Of a stretch of DNA of 64,000 nt, positions 56,195 to 64,000 are shown piece by piece. Source of the stretch: an uncultured Thermococci archaeon. Lineage in GTDB: Archaea > CAYQAE01 > CAYVLA01. A model generated the notes under the pieces. It worked only from the letters and a program-made list of their open reading frames with translations. It had not been told where the DNA came from and made no database searches. Position 1 is the stretch's first letter; every line of letters starts with the position of its first letter. The translations under genes and the position numbers were made by a program. The stretch spans positions 128,001-192,000 of the forward strand of contig CAZJVP010000020.1 of NCBI GenBank assembly GCA_964549615.1, read 5' to 3'.

Positions 56195-58213
56195 TCAGCT
56201 GCCGGCCACCGGCACCAACACGTCCTCCAGCCTGAGGGCAAGATAGGGGGCCCAGGACTTCAGAGACAGGGAGAGCGGCGAGCTAACGTTGTGCAACGAT
56301 ATGCGGCAAACCTTCCCCTTCTCAGATGCTGGAATCGTGAATACAGGGAAGGAAAGTGTATCCCTTGCAGGCATGTCGGCTATGACCGTGCCCCCGCAGA
56401 CGATTCTGACGAAGGCCCGATCGACGCCCTTACCCGTGCAGAACACCTGTATCGTCGTCTCGTTTGAGGGCGGCATCCAGTAGAAGTCTGCATCGGCCGC
56501 AACCTCCACGGGCTGAACCAAAGCCCATGAGGCTTTATCGGCGGACAGGATGTAAGGCACGGTTGAGTTGGCCCTAAGAATCGTCGGGAGGGGAACGGTG
56601 GTCTTGTCAACGGTGCCGGCCACCGGATGCCTCGTTGACAGCTCCCCCCTGGTGCCCGTTTCAACCTCCATTGCCCTGAGGAGCGATCCCTTTGAGTCAA
56701 ACAGGGCAGCAAGGCAGGGCACGCCGCTTCCTGCCTGCACTTGAATCCCCATCCTCGGATGCTCCGCGAAGATGACCGCCGTGTTCAAGCCGGAAAGGGC
56801 GACGCTGGCTCCGCCGGCCGACTTCCCGTATTCCAGGGGGACGAACGACTGCACGCTGGTCGCCGCGTCCACGATGTCGACCGGATCGAAGCTATTGGGG
56901 TTGAACTGGAAGGGCGAGGGCCGGTCCCCCAGCTGAAGCGTCTGGTCTATCTCGCTGTTTGCCAGCCGGTACGCGTCCCACCATTCGGATGTGGCCGTTT
57001 CGGCCGAAATATAGAACAGCCAGTAGCCACCCCCCTTGACCGCCAGGGAGTACAGGTGGTACGGGACCGTCACAGGGTAGAACCACCTCAAGAGCTCCAC
57101 ACCGCCTGCCCAGACCGCGTTGAGCTTCCTCTCCCTAATGCGCTCAACCTGCGACTCGGCATAGGTCAGCCCCTCGGGCAGCATGGGCGCATCCGTTCTG
57201 AACCACCCGCTATGAGTTGAGAATCCGAATCTGTATGTGCTCTCGTCGAGGACGACGAATGGTAGGCCCTTCGCCGAGAACGCCTTTGCCATTGCCTCCG
57301 TATACCAGTTGTCCAAAGGGTTCCCGAGCACGCCGAAGATCAGATCCGGGTTGAGCTTCCTTGCCTGCCTTGCAACCTTCGAGAACATTTCCACGGCCGT
57401 GTCCCCCAGGTATGAGTAGTAACGGTCAAGCGCCCCGGCGTCCTGCAGCCATGCGTACCTCTGTGATTTCTCGACCTGCTCCTGGCGCCCGATGCTTCGC
57501 GCGAAGCCGTAGAAGCAATGATCGCAGAAACAGGTAAGGTTGCTGTACCTCGTGGGCCACGCGCCGTAGAGCTCGGCATCATACATTATCCCCTCTATTC
57601 CGCACTCCCTCGAGATGCGCGCAACGGCCAAGGTCTGGTTGGTGATGATGGCATCGAGGTAGTCCTCGTCGAAAGGACACGGCGGAGCATAGTCCGCGAT
57701 GAAGCCATCCTTGGTGACCGACTTGCGCCAGTTCCCCTCGGAAAGGTAGCTCCTGGATAGCCAGTAGATAGAGACGAAGAGATGGAGACCTTTCTCCTTA
57801 CAGTGCTCGCCAATGCTTCGCATCCTGTCAACATCCAGTGGGGCCCTCGGCAACGGCCAGATAACAGAGTTCAGCCCTGCCCGTGACAGATTCTCTGCGT
57901 AGGCAGACGGATCCGGACAATAGGCTGCCCTCAGTTTGGCGGAGAATATCCAAGCCGCCGCCTCAGAGCCAGGCTGCCGGCCCCTGAGAACGAGCAGTGT
58001 GAGCAGCAAGGTCGCGACAAGGATGGCCGACACGGCAAGAGCCGGGCTCCGTCTCTTGGCCATGCCCTTCCCGGGCTTTGCCGATGGGCATGCATGGTTC
58101 CTGGGCGAGGAATGCTTGAGACAGAATACCTCTCCACACTTATTGCACTTGTACCACCTGTGAACGGGTCTGCCGCACTCACGGCACGTCCGCATGGAAG
58201 CCTCTTCGGACAC
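56195..58213 (-). CDS. AN1 zinc finger - TM - glycoside-hydrolase-like protein
   Basis: CRECG..YKCNKCGEVFCLKHSSPRNHAC (AN1), TM ALAVSAILVATLLLTLLVL, then AGLNSVIW, PPCPFD..Y, EGIMYDAELY, CFCDHC, ARKLNPDL. ATG 58195 is the likely start. Confidence 0.75.
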   Translation of the reverse strand: MSEEASMRTCRECGRPVHRWYKCNKCGEVFCLKHSSPRNHACPSAKPGKGMAKRRSPALAVSAILVATLLLTLLVLRGRQPGSEAAAWIFSAKLRAAYCPDPSAYAENLSRAGLNSVIWPLPRAPLDVDRMRSIGEHCKEKGLHLFVSIYWLSRSYLSEGNWRKSVTKDGFIADYAPPCPFDEDYLDAIITNQTLAVARISRECGIEGIMYDAELYGAWPTRYSNLTCFCDHCFYGFARSIGRQEQVEKSQRYAWLQDAGALDRYYSYLGDTAVEMFSKVARQARKLNPDLIFGVLGNPLDNWYTEAMAKAFSAKGLPFVVLDESTYRFGFSTHSGWFRTDAPMLPEGLTYAESQVERIRERKLNAVWAGGVELLRWFYPVTVPYHLYSLAVKGGGYWLFYISAETATSEWWDAYRLANSEIDQTLQLGDRPSPFQFNPNSFDPVDIVDAATSVQSFVPLEYGKSAGGASVALSGLNTAVIFAEHPRMGIQVQAGSGVPCLAALFDSKGSLLRAMEVETGTRGELSTRHPVAGTVDKTTVPLPTILRANSTVPYILSADKASWALVQPVEVAADADFYWMPPSNETTIQVFCTGKGVDRAFVRIVCGGTVIADMPARDTLSFPVFTIPASEKGKVCRISLHNVSSPLSLSLKSWAPYLALRLEDVLVPVAGS

Positions 58214-58605
58214 GTCAATCAGCCGGGGCCAAGTCCAATTAATAGTGTTGCCCGCAGGGCGTGCCTAGACCCGGATCGCCTACGGCAAGCCGTTGAGGAT
58301 ATCCGTTGCCACGCGATGCCCCCTGATCCCGAAGCAGGTCGGCCGCATGGAGCGGCCTCGCACCTTGGTCCGGATCTTGAGCGCTGGGATCAGCAGCGCA
58401 GCTTCTCGAATCCGATCCTCCGAACGGCCTCCAGAAGCCATCAGTTGGCGTGCCTTCGGGGCAGGCTTGCGAACGGACTTGAGGGCCTCATCGCAGGCAG
58501 CCAAAAGCTCGCATCGATCGCGGAGGATCCCGCCGCGGCCATGATCGCCCGGGAGATCGCCGATGGAATCATTGCCCGCACGAATGCGATTGGACGTCCA
58601 CGAGC

Positions 58606-59697
58606 CTAGCAACTATAGCGTGCTAGCTGCTTTTCGTCCACGTCGATGCCAAGACCGGGACCGTTCGGCAGCATCAGCCTGCCCTTGCGCAGTTTCGGCT
58701 TTCGCTTGAGAAGATCGGCACGAAACATCCAAGGGCCAATCAGCTCCGCGCCCCAGGTAAAGACCGTCGATGTGACGGCGAGCTGTAGCCCGGCAAGGGT
58801 TCCTATGCCCAGCTCGGGCATGCTTCCCAGCATGCAGGGCATACCGGCCGCCTCTGCCACCGCCGCAAGCTTGGCGGAAGGCCGAATTCCCCCGGGCTTC
58901 ATGATCTTGATGTTGAACGCATCGGCCGCTTTCTCTTCCAAGACCCTGTTCGCATCCTCAGCGCTGTATAGGCTTTCATCCACCATTATCGGGATTGATA
59001 TCTTCCGGCGCAGTTTGGCCATCTCCGACAGCGCCGCTCTGGGCAACGGTTGCTCCATCACCGCCACGCCGTACTGCGTCAACGCCCTCCCTACTCGAAC
59101 CGCGGTCTCCAGGTCGTACCCCTGGTTTGCATCCACCTTTAGGACGATGTTGGGGCCGACGGCCTGCCTCACGGCTGCGACCCTCTCGACATCAACGGTT
59201 GGTTCGTCACCCACCTTGACCTTCACCGTCTTGAAGCCCACGTCAACGTACCGCTTGGCCTCCCTGGCCATGTCCTCGGCCGGCTTGAACCCTATGGCCC
59301 ATGAGAGATCGATCCCGCCTGCAACCGCTCCGCCCATCAGCCTGAAGATCGGTAGTCCCAGGCTTCTGGCCGCCAGGTCATGTAGGGCGATGTCGATGCC
59401 CGCCAGGGCAAAGCAATCGGCCCCGGCTTTCTTCATCGACTGATGTATCGCTTGGATGTCCAACGGGTCCTGCCCGATGAGGAGCGCCTTCAGCCTTTCG
59501 ATCTCCGCGACAACGGTCTCCTGCGTTTGGGGAGAATAGGACGACATCGGGGACGATTCGCCGTAGCCCACCTGCCCGTCACTTGACACCATGCGCACGA
59601 CTGCGTGCTTTCCATGCGTCGCTTTTCCTCCAGCTATCACGAACGGTTCGACGAAAGGAACCGAGACCGGAATTATCTCCACGTCGGTTATCCTCAC
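58606..59697 (-). CDS. Enolase superfamily, MLE subgroup (racemase/epimerase/cycloisomerase)
   Basis: GYGE, AGIDIALHDL, TVKVKVG, VDANQG, MEQP, MVDES, NIKIMK, GSMPE, ELIGP, PNGPGLG. Confidence 0.92.
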   Translation of the reverse strand: MRITDVEIIPVSVPFVEPFVIAGGKATHGKHAVVRMVSSDGQVGYGESSPMSSYSPQTQETVVAEIERLKALLIGQDPLDIQAIHQSMKKAGADCFALAGIDIALHDLAARSLGLPIFRLMGGAVAGGIDLSWAIGFKPAEDMAREAKRYVDVGFKTVKVKVGDEPTVDVERVAAVRQAVGPNIVLKVDANQGYDLETAVRVGRALTQYGVAVMEQPLPRAALSEMAKLRRKISIPIMVDESLYSAEDANRVLEEKAADAFNIKIMKPGGIRPSAKLAAVAEAAGMPCMLGSMPELGIGTLAGLQLAVTSTVFTWGAELIGPWMFRADLLKRKPKLRKGRLMLPNGPGLGIDVDEKQLARYSC

Positions 59698-60803
59698 TTC
59701 TCTCCCGCCTGCAACAGCCGTCTTGCTACGCCAAAATAGATCCGGTAGGCCTTCTCAACTTGGGCGAGTTCGACGAACTCATCCGGGGAGTGCGCCTGGG
59801 CGACGTTTCCCGGGCCCAGAACCAGGGTGTCGGCGCCCATGATGTTCCTGAAGGGATCCGCCTCCGTCCAACCCCTGAATCCGCTTGGAGGGATCGCAGC
59901 GCCCAAAATCTCTTCCTCGCAGCTGGCAACGACCTCGAGAAGCCTGGACGCGGGGGCAGACTCCATCGGATCTCCTCTCTTGTAGACCCCAAACTCCGCG
60001 CCCATGCCCTCGACCAGCTTCCTCATCTTGTCGATGGCATCCGACACGGACATCCCCGGCATCACCCGGACATCCACGCTCGCATGGCAGCGATCTGGAA
60101 TCCGGTTCGTCGCATCGCCCCCCGAAATGATGCCAAGATTGGTTGACGGGCGACCGACCAAGGGGTGGGCCGGGAACTTCGAAACCAGTTCATCCAGCTC
60201 CCGGCAGAGCTCGAACATCGACATCACTGCACTTCTCCCGCTCCAAGGAGACGATCCGTGCCCCCCCGTGCCCCTCGTAACCAGGTCGACGAACACCAGG
60301 CCACCGTGCGCAGTGACGGGAGCCAACCCGGTCGGCTCACCCACGATCGCGAAGTCGCAGCGATAGCCGCTCGCCACGCAGGTTCTCACGCCATTGCTCG
60401 ACACCTCCTCGTCGATCGACACCAAAAGATCCAGGCGACCCTTTGGCCTCAAGCAAGCCAACTCCTGCAACGCAAAGAGCATGGCGGTTATGCTTGCCTT
60501 GTCGTCGCACGACCCTAGACCCCGAACGATGAGGCCGTCCATGACGGACCTAGGCACCGAACCCCCGCTGGGAGGCACGGTGTCGGCATGGGCATTCAGG
60601 CAAAGGATCGGACTGCCGGATCCGATGCTCGCGAGAAGGTTGTACCTACCCTGGCCCATCGGATAGCGTGTGATGGACGCCCCGATCCGGCCTAGCTGAT
60701 CCTCTAGGAAGGACATGATCTCCTTCTCATTGCCCGTCACGCTGTCGATGTCAACTAGATCGCAAAGCAGCCTACCCAGACTGGCTCGAATTCCCGGGCT
60801 CAT
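59694..60803 (-). CDS. M20/ArgE-DapE family metallo-deacylase
   Basis: LNAHADTV, GLGSCDDK, IDEE, IVGEPT, GHGS, NRIP, GPG...AHSPDE. Confidence 0.92.
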   Translation of the reverse strand: MSPGIRASLGRLLCDLVDIDSVTGNEKEIMSFLEDQLGRIGASITRYPMGQGRYNLLASIGSGSPILCLNAHADTVPPSGGSVPRSVMDGLIVRGLGSCDDKASITAMLFALQELACLRPKGRLDLLVSIDEEVSSNGVRTCVASGYRCDFAIVGEPTGLAPVTAHGGLVFVDLVTRGTGGHGSSPWSGRSAVMSMFELCRELDELVSKFPAHPLVGRPSTNLGIISGGDATNRIPDRCHASVDVRVMPGMSVSDAIDKMRKLVEGMGAEFGVYKRGDPMESAPASRLLEVVASCEEEILGAAIPPSGFRGWTEADPFRNIMGADTLVLGPGNVAQAHSPDEFVELAQVEKAYRIYFGVARRLLQAGEK

Positions 60804-60815
60804 TCAAGCTCCCAT

Positions 60816-61658
60816 CTAGAAAGGATCGGCGATGACCGGGTTGGAAAGGATGCCGATGCCCTGCACCTCGCACTCAACCACGTCGCCGGGGACGATCGGT
60901 CCTATTCCCTCCGGTGTGCCGGTGGATATTATGTCCCCTGGCTCAAGGGTCATGTGCATGGAGATGAACTCGATGAGCCTGTCAACGCCGAATATCATGT
61001 CACGGGTGTTGCCCCTCTGCCTGACCTGCTTGTTGACGCGGCACTCAAGCGCCAGGTCGTGAGGATCCCCGATCTGATCCGCCGTCACGATTCTAGGGCC
61101 CATCGGACAGAACGTATCGAGGCTCTTGGAGCGGAACCAAGGCTTCCCGGACTCGATGTCCCTCTTCTGCATCTCCCTCGCAGAGACATCGTTCACCACC
61201 GTGTAGCCGAACACCTTCTTCAAGGCATCCGCCCTCGGGGTCCTCCACGCTGGCCCTCCGATGACGACCGCCAGCTCCACCTCGTGGTCCACCCTCTTGC
61301 AGATCCTGTGGTGGACGATCGGGTCGCCCGGGCCGATGACGGCGCTGGAGGCCTTCGGGAAGATGATGGGTTCGTCAGGTACGGGAGCCCCCGATTCTCT
61401 CGCATGGGCCTCGTAATTCCTACCAAGGCACACTATCTTCCCAGGCCTAGCGATCGGGGCAAGCACCTTCACGTCCGCGGCCCGGATCCGATCCTTTGGT
61501 CTTGCGCGATCCGCCAGAGCCTCGATCCGCGTCGGGTCCGCCGCGTACTTAGCTATGAGCTTCTGCATATCGGGCTCAAAGTCCAACCTGACCACCATGC
61601 CCTCTTCCTCAAGCCCCAAGCCTATTCTCTGACCGTGTTCGAACCTAACTAGCTTCAA
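60816..61658 (-). CDS. Fumarylacetoacetate hydrolase family protein
   Basis: KIVCLGRNYEAHA, DHEVELAVVIG, NDVSARE, KSLDTFCPMGP, LEPGDIISTGTPEG. Confidence 0.95.
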   Translation of the reverse strand: MKLVRFEHGQRIGLGLEEEGMVVRLDFEPDMQKLIAKYAADPTRIEALADRARPKDRIRAADVKVLAPIARPGKIVCLGRNYEAHARESGAPVPDEPIIFPKASSAVIGPGDPIVHHRICKRVDHEVELAVVIGGPAWRTPRADALKKVFGYTVVNDVSAREMQKRDIESGKPWFRSKSLDTFCPMGPRIVTADQIGDPHDLALECRVNKQVRQRGNTRDMIFGVDRLIEFISMHMTLEPGDIISTGTPEGIGPIVPGDVVECEVQGIGILSNPVIADPF

Positions 61659-62285
61659 CTACATCCCCTCGATCACGATTGCCCGCGCCGGGGCGGCGTC
61701 CACCCCGCTGATCCTCAGCGGCAGCGCAACCAGGTACACCTTGTCCGATTTCACCTGGTCCAGGCCTACCACGTTCTCCACCTGACAGCAACCGGACCCG
61801 AGCACGATGTTGTGCACCTCTAGGGACAAGGGAACGTCGGTCACCAGACACCTAACCCCTCTCTCCACCAGAAGTTCAGCGAACCCTTCGTCGACCTTAG
61901 GACACTCGGCGTAGTACGCATCCGTTGCCCATTTCCTGTGCCAGCCGGTGTCGAGGATGATCCTGCGCTCGTCTATGAGGCCGGCTTCCACCGCTTCCCG
62001 CCCTATGACCTGTTTTGGCGCAGCCTTGATCCGGAGCACCCTTGCCGGGCCCACGAGCGCGTCCAAGGGGACCTGGTCCACCGGCAAACCGTTCCTGATG
62101 ACGTGCATGGGCGCATCCACATGCGTTCCGGAATGACTTCCCATCAATATCCTGCTGGTTCGGCATCTCACCTTCTCGTAAGTCCCCTCTTCGGTGATGG
62201 AGACGGCGACATGGTCGGGCCTCGGGAACCTGAACATCCCGGTGGTCACCGGAACCGATATGTCGATGATCCTTGCCTGCGGCAT
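61659..62285 (-). CDS. Cyclase family (kynurenine formamidase-like) metal hydrolase
   Basis: IIDIS, HSGTHVDAP, TGW, H...L, ENV, LPL...DAAPARAI; start ATG 62285. Confidence 0.92.
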   Translation of the reverse strand: MPQARIIDISVPVTTGMFRFPRPDHVAVSITEEGTYEKVRCRTSRILMGSHSGTHVDAPMHVIRNGLPVDQVPLDALVGPARVLRIKAAPKQVIGREAVEAGLIDERRIILDTGWHRKWATDAYYAECPKVDEGFAELLVERGVRCLVTDVPLSLEVHNIVLGSGCCQVENVVGLDQVKSDKVYLVALPLRISGVDAAPARAIVIEGM

Positions 62286-62511
62286 TGACCAGCCAGCAAT
62301 GAACGGCCCTCTTAAGGATTTTGTAGGCCGTAGCCGTGGGATGGGGCGCAGAAAGGTCGCAGCTGGGTCGCGGGAGGGCCGCGAAGCCGGCCGGAAAGGC
62401 CTGCACACGAAAAACGAGAAGAATAGAGCTACGACAAGGCAAGGACGATGCGGCACTGCCAGCCGCTCCGAAAAGGTTTTCAGCAATCCGAGGAACAGCA
62501 AGACGACCTAG

Positions 62512-63714
62512 ATGAAAGGCAGCTGGGCAGTTGCTTCTCTGTTACTCCTTTGGTTATGCTCACAGCCGCTGTCAGCCGCCCAAGGCGCGGGGCAGATCAG
62601 GCTGCTGCTCATCGGCGATGTCACCCTTGGGGAGTCACCCATCCAAGAATGGCTCCGTGACGACCCAGCGATGAGATTTGAGATCATCCCGTGCAACGTG
62701 GAGAACATACCAGTTGAGGACCAGTACAAGGCCGCCAGGATCTACACGCCGCGGACCGAGCAGGATTTCGCTGCGCGGTTCGATGCGATGGTCATGCTCG
62801 ACACCAATCTGTACTTCTTCGACGACACCCAGATACACAGGTTCTACGTCATGGTGGCGAAATACGGCATCGGAGTCTTCCACAGCCCAAACCAGCACAA
62901 GGGGCAACCCGTCCACGATGGCTTTGCCAATACCGAGATGGGGCAGGTCTTTCCACACGACTATTCGACCGACTTCGGATGGCCCATCGAGAAATCGTAC
63001 ACTGTAGTGGTCAACAGGAACCCCGACCTAGAGCCGGTCCTGACGACCTTCTTGGACTACGGAATAGAGCAGGTAAGGGGGGCCAAGTACGGCAAGCTAA
63101 CGGCAAGATCCGGGTCGACGATCTGGGCAACCATGATTCCGCAAAACCTGCCCTGGCAGATCTCGTGGGAATACGGTGAGAAGAACGCCAGGACGTGGTG
63201 TACCGCCGAGGATGTGGACGACCCTTGGTGGAACGTGATCAGCAACCCGTATGGGACCGATGTGTTTCTGAACATCGTCCTTTACATCAACCGAAGGAAG
63301 CTTCCCGAGAACATACCGATGATCCACCAGCTCCGTAACCAGTTCAAGGAGTACAGGACAAGAAGGGCCCTGATCTACGGCATTCTGGACTTCGCCGACA
63401 AGTTCGGCGCAAACCCCTCCAAGGTAGACCTCGCGATAACCGAGCTGGACAAGAGAAGGGAAAAGGCATTCGAAAGTTACACGGGGCAGGACTTCGCGGA
63501 GGCCCTGGAACAGATGAATGCCGCCCTGCAGCGGATGTCGGAGGTCGAGAAGGATGCCATGGAACTCAAGGATAGGGCCCTGTTCTGGATCTACGTGGTC
63601 GAATGGCTGAGCGTAACTGGCACAAGCATCCTCGCGGGCTCCGTGATCTGGGCTCTCATGGTGAAGAGGAAGCTGTACAAGGAAGTGGTCACGACCAAGA
63701 GCACGGAGGCATAG
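62512..63714 (+). CDS. Exported/membrane hypothetical protein (Rossmann/GATase-like domain, helical bundle, C-terminal TM)
   Basis: Signal peptide, IRLLLIGD, RIYTPRT...FDAMVMLD, W.YG...TW, helical region, ALFWIYVVEWLSVTGT TM with basic tail. Confidence 0.7.
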   Translation: MKGSWAVASLLLLWLCSQPLSAAQGAGQIRLLLIGDVTLGESPIQEWLRDDPAMRFEIIPCNVENIPVEDQYKAARIYTPRTEQDFAARFDAMVMLDTNLYFFDDTQIHRFYVMVAKYGIGVFHSPNQHKGQPVHDGFANTEMGQVFPHDYSTDFGWPIEKSYTVVVNRNPDLEPVLTTFLDYGIEQVRGAKYGKLTARSGSTIWATMIPQNLPWQISWEYGEKNARTWCTAEDVDDPWWNVISNPYGTDVFLNIVLYINRRKLPENIPMIHQLRNQFKEYRTRRALIYGILDFADKFGANPSKVDLAITELDKRREKAFESYTGQDFAEALEQMNAALQRMSEVEKDAMELKDRALFWIYVVEWLSVTGTSILAGSVIWALMVKRKLYKEVVTTKSTEA

Positions 63715-63718
63715 GGCC

Positions 63719-64000
63719 ATGATGATAAGCAGGGAGTATCTCGGCGTCGTCCTCATCGCGGTGGTTTTCTCCACGATCCTCACCCTCTTCATCATCGGGG
63801 AGAGGCCCGAGAGACCGGTGGAGATCCTGAGGAACGAGGCCCCGCCGCTCCAGTTCGGATCGGACCAGAAGTTCGGCTATGCCTTCAGCCTCGTGTTCAG
63901 GCGCGACTCCGACGAGGTGAAGGTGAAGTTCTCGTGGTTCAGACCGATGACTATGCTCCTCACGGAAAACGCGACGGGCGCCACGTTCGAGGAGGTGCTC
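63719..64000 (+). CDS. Hypothetical membrane-anchored protein, truncated at the window end
   Basis: ATG 63719, open to the end of the window: MMISREYLGVVLIAVVFSTILTLFIIGERPE... Confidence 0.7.
   Translation, partial: MMISREYLGVVLIAVVFSTILTLFIIGERPERPVEILRNEAPPLQFGSDQKFGYAFSLVFRRDSDEVKVKFSWFRPMTMLLTENATGATFEEVL

Noticed and set aside
1-64000. CRISPR array, IS elements, inteins, tRNA/rRNA
   Set aside because: No spaced repeats, transposase or integrase motifs, intein-sized insertions or cloverleafs seen by eye; small RNAs could have been missed without covariance searches.

Overview
Gene-dense, GC-rich archaeal chromosomal window with about 62 CDSs, short AT-rich TATA-like intergenic patches and many GTG/TTG starts. 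I found no rRNA, convincing tRNA, CRISPR array, IS element or integrase. Archaeal core genes: aRqcH, SAMP/MoaD, ASH-Ski2-like helicase, Nob1, NAD kinase, aIF5A with deoxyhypusine synthase, apgM, dph6, archaeal thyA, purM/purB, GPN GTPase, GINS23-MCM, pus10-rpl21e-rpo4-DUF655-ksgA, argH/argB, RibK/RibL, the MA1821/MA1822/UPF0280 homocysteine trio, proS, MBF1/PAN and mobA. Accessory content: a PadR-MMPL module with a visible tandem operator, several unclassified glycoside-hydrolase-like proteins (one fused to an AN1 zinc finger) and a four-gene catabolic operon (cyclase, FAH, M20, enolase superfamily). Best candidates for something new: (1) an orphan CARF-like/wHTH regulator divergent from an atypical RNase HIII-like gene, with inverted repeats between them; (2) a stand-alone wHTH-fused LigD/AEP-like polymerase after ksgA; (3) the AN1-ZnF-TM-GH-like membrane cluster; (4) a DUF357-wHTH-FAD synthase fusion; (5) a PTPS-III-type pterin enzyme. 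TAG is the commonest stop codon, and five convergent gene pairs share one CTAG. All family calls come from motif recognition by eye; no searches were run.
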